Of a stretch of 25,988 nt of DNA, positions 12,301-20,305 are shown piece by piece. The position numbers were made by a program, and so were the translations under genes. The stretch is from Oopsacas minuta (taxonomy: Eukaryota > Animalia > Porifera). Within the stretch, counting starts at the first letter, position 1, and each line of letters opens with the position of its first letter. The notes beneath the pieces are model-generated. The model was not told the origin of the DNA. It ran no database searches and saw only the letters and a program-made list of their open reading frames with translations. The stretch covers positions 352,622 to 378,609 of the forward strand of contig JAKMXF010000308.1 in the NCBI GenBank assembly GCA_024704765.1, written 5' to 3'.

Positions 12301-13856
12301 TGTTGAATTATTTTCTTGAGCTTTGCATCAGTATCAGTAATTTCTTGGAGTACTAGAATTAATCCTTCGCTTAGTCTGATGTTCATATTCTCCAACTGTT
12401 CAATCAGACTCTTTTTGTAGGTTTCTAAACCCGTAAATCCAGATCTTAGAAGATAAGACATACATTTATAAACCGCAGGGTCAACTTCTCGCGATCTTTT
12501 AAGAGTATCACGAGGGAGTTTACCCCAAACAGCATCAACCGTACTCTGAAGAAAGGTTTTAGGAAGCTTAATTATATCTTGTTTTAAGGCAAGTATTAGA
12601 AGACCTAAATCATGAAATGCTTCTGATGCACGATCTTTATCATTCGTTAAAGAGATTAAATAATCTGTAGCTTGATGGATATAATTCAACAAAAAAGTCT
12701 GAGGATCAAAAAGAGCTAGCCAGGGTAATATATTTATAATGGCTGAGGATAGCTGAGGAGATTTACTAGACAGGTTGTTTATTACAACTGAACAAATTTT
12801 ATGATAGTGTTTGCCAATAAACGTTTTACACTTTTCTGAATACGGATGTGCCCTTTGCCTACATGTTTTAGAATCCAACTGAAGAGTCTCTAGAATTAAC
12901 CTATAACCATGTGTAGGTGGACAAAGATACTCATCACCAAGGAATTCATCAGAAACATTTTCAATTGAATAAAAGGGAGTAAAACTCTCAGGTAGAGTAG
13001 GGAGTGATGAAATACGCAGTAATTCATGTACAAGCAATAAAAAGCAATGCGTATGGTCATCTCGCAATATCTTATCTTTTTGACTCACATTTTCTAAATG
13101 ATTTTCCGCACTTTTATAAAGATTTCTCCATGGAGGTGAATTAGAGTCGATTTCCCTAGTTGCTGAGAGAGCAAGGCAAGCCTTGAGGGAAGCTATTGCT
13201 CCTTCTCTCATATACGGTTTATTATCGGAAATGCAAGAAAAGGCTAGATCATAAAAATCATCAATTTTATAATGGTAGTAACTTTGAGCATTAATGGCTA
13301 GTTCTTTAATTATAAGAAGAGACGCAACCCTCTTAATATCAATTTGACCTTTGGTTCCTAACCAATCAATAGCGGTAGACCAGAATTGACAACCAACAGT
13401 ACTTGCACCTCTAACTTCGTTTCTAGAAATATATCCAATTGCCCTTGATACAAGTAATGGCATGCCGTCCCCCTGAACCAATAAACCCAGGAATGAATTA
13501 CGAATTCTTGCATTGATTAGAGATTTTTGGCTGGGGCTCACGTCTAATCTTAGTAAGACGACTGCTGCATATACTCCGCCCCTCTTCTCATGAGAGTTCT
13601 GACTCGCTAGTAAATTGCCAAGTTCACGGAGTAGTGAAAATACGTCATCTTGTGTAAATTCCAAATAACGATTAGTCACATAATTAAGTAAACATCTTGC
13701 TGCCATTTTTTGCGTTTGCTCAACATCACTTGCTAGATTTTTCAGGTAAGGTTGCAAAATTGAACAGGAGTCAGCCTCCATTATTTCTATAGCAAAAGAA
13801 CAAAGTGTAAACTTACCGTATTTCCCTGAATAAGCGTCATGCAGCTTATTATTCAT
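6399..13856 (-). CDS. MTOR: Serine/threonine-protein kinase TOR (mTOR), uninterrupted 2485-aa ORF; likely true start Met26 at 13781
   Basis: N-terminal HEAT repeats; FAT ([28 protein letters not shown]); FRB ([25 protein letters not shown]...[16 protein letters not shown]); kinase [47 protein letters not shown]; FATC ending [18 protein letters not shown]. No stops or frameshifts. Confidence 0.98.
   Translation of the reverse strand: [2485 protein letters not shown]
6402..7600 (-). other. PIKK kinase domain, LST8-binding element and FATC of TOR (approximate)
   Basis: Catalytic Lys motif ([11 protein letters not shown]), catalytic loop DRHPSN, DFG, and C-terminal CYIGWCPFW all intact. Confidence 0.95.
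7690..7990 (-). other. FRB (FKBP12-rapamycin binding) domain
   Basis: Recognisable against human FRB. Ser1977 (codon 7926-7928) corresponds to human S2035; Phe2047 (7716-7718) corresponds to human Y2105. Confidence 0.93.
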
Positions 13857-13965
13857 GCAGGAGAATACCCCAGCATTTATTCGGGTCTAGAAATTAATGT
13901 TACAGTGGAATTCTGGTATTTGTCTATGGACTTAGGGTGTTTTGTGTATCCGAGGGGGTACTTAC
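13787..13965 (-). other. Putative 5'-UTR intron of TOR (179 nt; alternative donor at 13816 gives 30 nt)
   Basis: Minus strand: donor GTAAGT at 13965 and another at 13816; pyrimidine tract TTTGTTCTTTTGC followed by TATAG acceptor ending 13787; then AAATA-ATG-G (A at -3, G at +4) at 13781. Similarity to known TORs starts just after that Met. Confidence 0.5.
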
Positions 13966-14479
13966 TGGAAATTATTTGAAAATATTTCGGCTAACTTTGT
14001 CCTAAAGTATATTTTGTAACTTTTCAATATACTGGATTAGTTCATGCCCAATTAATAGCACATAACATGTCTTCTGTTTATTGTCAATTGCTTATATTAG
14101 CTATCAGAAAATCTTGTCTATCTGTAATTGGCATAATGGGTTATTTTATGGTTCTGGCTGTGTAATCAAATGGACAAAATAACCCGAATTCAACTGTATT
14201 TTCAATTTCGGGTGCTGCTACCCTCGGCTCTTTTTCAAGGAAATACGCTATTTGTGAAACCGATTACTTAATGTTATTTTTATACGGACTGTGAAAGGGT
14301 ATAAACCGGGAGAATTAGCAGCTCGAATAATGTGAAAAATGTAAGAAAATGCGGGAATCTGATAACCAGCTTGTAAATCATGTTAACAGTATACGTCGAG
14401 TTGTTTCGAGCAATTTCTATAACTTTCGTCTTCAGTTCGTTTACGGTTAAATTTAATATACACAAAGTAGAACTCTCTG

Positions 14480-14880
14480 TACCTGAAAGTTCGATTTTCA
14501 GTGCAGCCCTATAGGGAGATGCCCTAATGGAATGGACGATGTGCGACGTCCGTACGTCCGTACAACCGCGAGGCCGTGCGAAAATCTAGCAGTCAATTGA
14601 ACATGAACATTGACATACTGTACATTTGGGTCGGAGATTTGCACCTCGGACATGAATATTTTCTAAAGTGAATATTTCTCACCTTTTTTTGTATTTTTTC
14701 AGGACCAGGAGCGCAAAATCAGTCCGGGTCTGGTAGATTGTGGGATCTACACGGGGTCAGGCGTGCCCTCCTGAAAATAACAAATATACAAAACCCTGAG
14801 CTGTACTAGCATTTTATCGGATGGACATTTTCTGCATGTCGTACTTACACTGTACACAAAATCACACTCCTATGAGCCCC
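14480..14880. repeat. Possible Helentron/HINE-like interspersed repeat relic
   Basis: Hairpin CTGAAA-GTTCGAT-TTTCAG (14483-14501), palindrome CCCTATAGGG (14507-14516), and CGTCCGTACGTCCGTAC (14547-14563), resembling the GTCC-type microsatellite of DINE-1/HINE elements. No second copy in the window. Confidence 0.3.
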
Positions 14881-14914
14881 CATTTTTTGTAATGTTTTTG
14901 AAGAGTAATCGGTA

Positions 14915-15173
14915 TAGTGACGTAACTTCTTTATGTGTGCCCCCGCTTAATCAGGTTGGAGGCCCCTTTTAAGCAAATCATATATTTCGAAATAATAAAT
15001 GATCTCAAAATAACTGAAAATCGAAATTTATTTGAATTGGTAAATTATTATAATTATTTTCTTCTAACCTTCAAGCTAGCATAGCCAAGGGGTAATGCCC
15101 ATAATGGCCCCCTCAGTGTTAGGCCCCCAGCGCGTGGGTGGTGTGGCGGGGGGGTTGGCTAGTTACGGCCCTG
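14915..15173. mobile_element. hAT MITE (259 bp)
   Basis: TIRs TAGTGACGTAACT and reverse complement CAGGGCCGTAACT (10/13). Flanks AATCGGTA and AATTGTTA (6/8). GC-rich GGCCCC subterminal motifs. Confidence 0.6.
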
Positions 15174-16309
15174 AATTGTTATGGCAATAATTTCATCTCA
15201 TTATGAGTTTTCATAAATGTCATGTATCCATAGTTATAAGTTAAATTGAATTGTTAAATAATAATCTTACTTCACAGTCCATACTATACTGATTACATCA
15301 TATCGAAATTAATATATTGTGGCCTATGTTATATAAGGCCTATTCACTAACTACATTTTCCTGTACCATGGATTAAAGGATGTCCACATATTTACATAGG
15401 TAGTTCTATTCGTTACGGTACAATCAAAATGGTACATTTTTACACGATTAATTGTAATACTAGTGCGCTTCGCTTGCTAGTCACTGCCGAAGCAGTGAAA
15501 TACTCAGTAATACGTATTTCGTGCTCTAGGCGAATTTTCGCGGATGTTTTAATTTTTATTATCAATGGCCCATCGAAAATCCATTTGATGACCTTCTCTG
15601 GTAATACTAGAGCTCTCATGTGGCTTAGGTTTAGCAATCTCGACCCCTTGTATTAAGAAATTTGGAAAATTTTCAATTTTAGTACAGTCATGATGACCTA
15701 GTAATTTCATAACGAGTTTGCAATTGTTAAGAGTTATGAAGTCAGGAAAATGGCATGTCATGGGTTCCCTGTGATTTAAATTCCAACCATAAATCATCTA
15801 TATTGGGGTGGCTAATAACGTGATTTTGAGAATCTAAAAAGGTGACAGTGACGTCATTATTTCGTCATACGTGTGAATTTTCGTCCAAGACTCGAACTTG
15901 TCCGATCCAGACCAAAAATCCCCTGTATGCCAAAATCATCCATGGGGGTCATCCAGATTCTTCAATCAATTCCGGACAGACGAGGAGATATATATATCTA
16001 TATATGTCACCGTCCAAATTGAGGAAGGTTATTCTTATATAATTTGCTACTTATGATATTATGGGTCAACTAAAATGCAAAATATTTGTGTAATCACTAA
16101 TCAACATACATACCAAAGTTACCTAGATGCTACTGGGGTGTTAGGCCCTTAGTAACACTTGTGCTATCACGCGACAGTTACTGCGCTATTTCTAACTAGT
16201 TACCGTAGATATGTATTGTACTTAGGGCATTCAAAATGTTCCCATCTTTGTTTAATATCTTCACACTACAACTACTTACTAATCAAATTTCTACATAAAA
16301 TTCGAAATA

Positions 16310-17638
16310 CTAGGGCGTTCAATAGGTCTTGCGGTGATATCATAGAATATGATACAAACACTATACGCACTAATTCACTATATTATTTATTCAAAGTAAT
16401 CCCCTCCTGCAGATACACAAATTTTAACCTTTCCACCCACTTGTAAACACATTTCTGTACTCTTCTTCGGGGATGGATTTCAAGTACTGGTACAGGCCCG
16501 TTCTGAGTGCTTGTAATGTGTTAAAATCTTTGCCTTGAAGGTATATTTTAAGCTTGGGAAATAGCCAAAATCACACGGAGCTAGGTCTAGTGAGTATGGT
16601 GGATGGGGAAGTAATTCTAACCCTTCTACATCCAAGAAATTTTTGCTAAGCTTAGCTGTATGGGAACTGGCGTTATCAATTAGAATCTTCATTCCTCGAG
16701 TTCCGGTTTTCGGGCGGTACTTTCTATATTTTTTATCAAATTTGGAAGCACGTCCTCTGTAAAGAAAGTAGCAGTAACAGCCTTGCCACTCTCACACGGT
16801 AATTACAAGACAATTCCATGACTACTGAAGGAGATGGTATACATAATCTTAGGTTTTCTGAAGTCGGGCCTAGGAATTTTCGCCGGTTGTTCGTCGCCCC
16901 TCACCCATGATCGCTTCTTATACTTGCATATGGTGTTGAATAGTACATCCACGTCTCGTCGCCAGTAATAATCTCTGTTAGGCGTCTAGAATCGCAGTTC
17001 TCATAAGTTTTCAAGAGTTTCTTGGCAATATTCAGTCATGCCAACCTTTGATTCTCACTGAGCTTATGCGGGACCCATTTCCCACAAATCGATCGGTAGC
17101 CAAGCTCAGTCGTCAGAATTGTATGAATAGCTCCCGATGAAATCTCCATACTTTGTTTTAACTGATTGACAGTAATGCACTTGTCTTCCATGACCATACT
17201 TTCAATAAGTGCGATATTCTCTGAAGTGGTGGCGGATACCGGTCTTCCAGATCGAGGCAAATCTGTGACATCAGCATCACCAGATCTAAAACGGGTAGTC
17301 CATCGCTCTACAGTAGATCTGGAAGGGCAATCCACGCACAATATCTCCTGTAACTCGCTGAAGATCTGTACGGGCTGGATCTTGAGTATTGCGCGAAACT
17401 CTATGTAAGCTCGCCATTTGAGGTTGAAATTATCATCCTTTGAAGCCATAAATTCAACAGTGGGTATAAATTGACTACACGTAACTATCTCAAAAATTCA
17501 TAATTAGTATTGAATAAGCTTGAAACTTTCAGTATATGGAGTTTAACTATATGCGCTTGTAATATATGAAAGTTAAATATATTACTTGACTAATTCCTAA
17601 GATATATCATGATCCGCAAGACTTATTGAACGCCCTGA
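16310..17638 (-). mobile_element. Mariner element 1, full length (1329 bp)
   Basis: 25-bp TIRs CTAGGGCGTTCAATAGGTCTTGCGG (16310-16334) and reverse complement TCAGGGCGTTCAATAAGTCTTGCGG (17614-17638), 22/25. TA TSD at 16308-16309 and 17639-17640. Confidence 0.93.
16387..17449 (-). pseudogene. Mariner (DD34D) transposase of element 1, inactivated by stops and frameshifts
   Basis: HTH region (SRSTVERWTTRFRSG..DLPRSGRP), WVPHKL, stop at 17036, IITGDETW (16949-16966), IDNASSH...HPPYSLDLAPCDF (34 residues between Asps), C-terminal CVSAGGDYFE* ending 16387. Confidence 0.93.
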
Positions 17639-18460
17639 TACTCCCTCTCTATGTCTATGCATAGTTGTAGCCTTTCAACCCACTACGAAAATGTGGTTTT
17701 ATACTCGTCTCTGTCCACTGAATTGAGGTAGTGGTAAACCCCGTTTTCCAGCTCTTGTCGAGTATGAAATAGCCGTCCTCCGAGATGGTTTTTCAGCTCA
17801 GGAAATAGCCAAAAATCACAATGTGATAGATCTGGGAATACGGAGGATGTACCATCGTTTCAAACCCGATATCCTTAATAACTTCGCTAACATATTTTGA
17901 AACATGAGGTCTAGCATTATCGTGGAGAAGTTTGATTCCTCGAGTTCCTGTACGCGGAGGTCGTGTTTAATAGACTTTCTCGACTTCTCTCACGCATTTA
18001 TCTGCGTAAATTTCTCCATTGAGTCGTTCATCTTAGGCACAGGGATTTGAGCCACTGGCCCATACGCATCAAAAATATGCTGTAGAGAACCTCATCATCT
18101 CGGAAGGCCGAACGTGCCTTTTCGGGGGGTTAAGAACCTTTTGGGAGCCACGATTTCTTTGGCAGTTACGTAGAGGTTTAGAAAATTTAATACAAGTTTT
18201 GTCACTAGTAACGATTTCATATAACCTTGAGAATCACAATCTCTATATTCTTTAATCAATTTTTCGCGCATGAAACCTTCTCCTTTTGCAATTGAAAGTA
18301 GGACAGATATAGATATATAATGGCCTGAGTGAATTGCTCAACAGCCTTAAATAGGTAATCGATAGGATTATTTGGATATACTATGCATTTCATGTAATCG
18401 AGTAGAGTCTGGCTGATATAAACAATTGATGGGAACATCTTGGATGCCCAAAGTACTTAA

Positions 18461-18488
18461 TATTGTTTGTCCATCTGGACAAACAATA
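18461..18488. repeat. Perfect 13-bp inverted repeat with 2-nt loop
   Basis: TATTGTTTGTCCA-TC-TGGACAAACAATA read directly. Confidence 0.95.
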
Positions 18489-18489
18489 A

Positions 18490-18865
18490 CTATATTTTCA
18501 TTTCGTCAACTAAAGAAATTTTCGAAGCAGAGCTTCAAAAGCTCAATTTACAGGTGGTCGGGAGAGATGAGAGAGATGGGATTATCGAGGTTACAGAGAT
18601 GACAATTGCATACGAACGATCGCAATTGGGGCAGACCAAGTTGCGCTATTCTGTGGAGGAGTTTGAGGGTGTAAAGGTCCTGTAAGTGAAAGGGGGTGAG
18701 TTCCGGGGGACTACACGGAGCAAGTTACGCGTAGTGGCTTAGGAAGACCTGTTGGATACGTTAGTGGCCGCACATCACGAGCTCAGTTATGTATGGAGGA
18801 CGAGACAGGATGTACGAGTATTTCATGAGTCACAACTATCACGTCCTTCGTGCAGTAATTGTGTG
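18490..18865 (+). pseudogene. N-terminal relic of a KRBA2/SCAND3-like (Ginger2-type) integrase with integrase zinc-binding region
   Basis: KEIFEAELQKL...KLRYSVEEFEGVKVL*VK...LRVVA*EDLLDTLVAAHHELS-[frameshift]-GGRDRMYEYF (18795-18812). This resembles the H-x3-GHGGRDRM signature of KRBA2/SCAND3-like integrases. Family call from recalled motifs only. Confidence 0.55.
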
Positions 18866-18867
18866 GA

Positions 18868-19410
18868 GAGGAAACTGAAGCAGAATGGAAATTGTTTCGG
18901 CAGGTAATTTGGAGGCAATTCAAGAATTGTTCTTTGCAGGATGTACTATCGAAATTACTCAATAGCGGAGACATTTCGATTGCATTTCCAAACTTATCAA
19001 ATTTAGCTCAATAGTAGATGCTTTACTAGTAACAACAGCCATTGTTGAACGTACATTTAGCTATGAAACTAATAGCAACAAGACTTAGCAGCAGGATGGG
19101 CGAGGACACGTTGAACATAGGATACACATATGCATTGAAGGCCCTGATCACCTAACGAAAGATATGTTGGAGGAATTTGTTGATCATTATATAGGGCAAA
19201 AGAACCGTAGAATAGTAATGTGAGGTTCAGGCTTAAATTTTGTGTTTTGTTAATTAACACAGATTGTCCCAAAATATTCAGCTTGTAATTATTTTTTTTA
19301 TTACTTGCACAAATTATCTGCATAGTCTAAAAAAGGAAAGAATAGTTAGGGCTATATCGTTCTCCATAATGACAACTTCCCCCCAAAGTAAAATCCTGGA
19401 TTGAGCCCTG
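18868..19410 (+). mobile_element. 3' fragment of a hAT element (ZNF862-like transposase C-terminus plus right TIR)
   Basis: EETEAEWKLFRQ...AFPNLSNLA..VTTAIVERTFS-MKLIATRLSSRMGEDTL..ICIEGPD...DHY...RRIVM* (stop 19221-19223). Terminus TCCTGGATTGAGCCCTG (reverse complement CAGGGCTCAATCCAGGA) ends 19410. Left end missing. Confidence 0.85.
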
Positions 19411-19416
19411 TTGAGG

Positions 19417-19541
19417 CAGGGGTTCCATTTGCGTCTCATGCAATGTAAGACAGCTGTCGGAACACTTGCCGGTGCAAGTGGAAGTAGGTTAGATGCATTT
19501 CGAGGAGTGACAGGCACTCTACCGTATGCGAGAACAGATAG
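19417..19541 (+). pseudogene. Cys-rich C-terminal relic of the same KRBA2/SCAND3-like integrase
   Basis: With frameshifts: QGF..CVSCN..SCRNTCRCKWK*VRCISRSDRHSTVCENR*, matching the recalled QGF-C-C-C-C-C-SRCH-C-N tail of this family. Confidence 0.45.
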
Positions 19542-20305
19542 CGATGTGAAAACAGGATTTTTTCAAAAGCACCCAAATCATCTGGTCAATTACCCTAATA
19601 ATCAACTGGTCAACTAATTCACTGAAAATAATAGAGTTTCTATAAGTACATTTACTACATTACCTCCTACTTTGTCATGATTTTATAGTATATTCTGTAT
19701 GTAAACAGGGGCGTCAAAACCTGGTATTTCATGGGGGATTGAATGATATGAATACATGAATAATAACATTCAATTTGGTAATCGAGATAGTCTAAATTAG
19801 AGCTTTGGCAATCTCCCAAACTTCCTTTCACAGTGTTAAGTATTTATAGACATTTGTAATTTGTTAAAATATAAACTGTAGTGTGTTCATTGCTTATGTA
19901 CTAACAGGGCTGGATTACCGCACATGCGGAATGTGCGATCGCATCAGGGCCCCCAAACTAGTGAATATTTACCTAATCGCAGACCCGTGCAGGGTTTAGG
20001 TAATCTTTTAGATGTTTTAGTTTACTTTCATTGTCCACTTTAATTATTAGCTAATTGCTCATAATGGAATTGTGTTTCTTTTTTTGTATTCTTCAATTCA
20101 TAAGAACAATTCCTTGTTTTTAAGGCAGGAGATCAATTTGTCAACAATGAACTCTATGAATTAACTAAGGTGAAATTGTGAAAACATATTATAGTTGTTT
20201 ATTCATAACAAATCATCATTTCCTACTACATATGAGACCATTACAAATTATTTGTATATTTTGATACTTTCCTTAATAAGTTGTCTGAGCTATATTTTTG
20301 ATTCG

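Larger units (their letters stand above)
16283..18295 (-). pseudogene. Mariner transposase relic of element 2 (DD34D), N-terminal HTH region deleted, interrupted by element 1
   Basis: KKLIKEYRDCDSQRLYEIVTSD(K)T, GTRGIKLLHDNARPH (17904-17924), HPPYS-DLSHCDFWLFPELK (34 residues between the 2nd and 3rd Asp after correcting a 1-bp deletion), WVERLQLCIDIERE|Y|FE split at the TA insertion site. Confidence 0.88.
16221..18453 (-). mobile_element. Mariner element 2 (internally deleted, ~900 bp net), host of mariner element 1
   Basis: 26-bp TIRs CTTAGGGCATTCAAAATGTTCCCATC (16221-16246) and reverse complement CTTTGGGCATCCAAGATGTTCCCATC (18428-18453), 23/26. TA at 16219-16220 and 18454-18455. Confidence 0.9.

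Noticed and set aside
14280-14465. 61-aa minus-strand ORF upstream of TOR as a small gene or extra exon
   Set aside because: No recognisable domain, and no convincing splice link to TOR.
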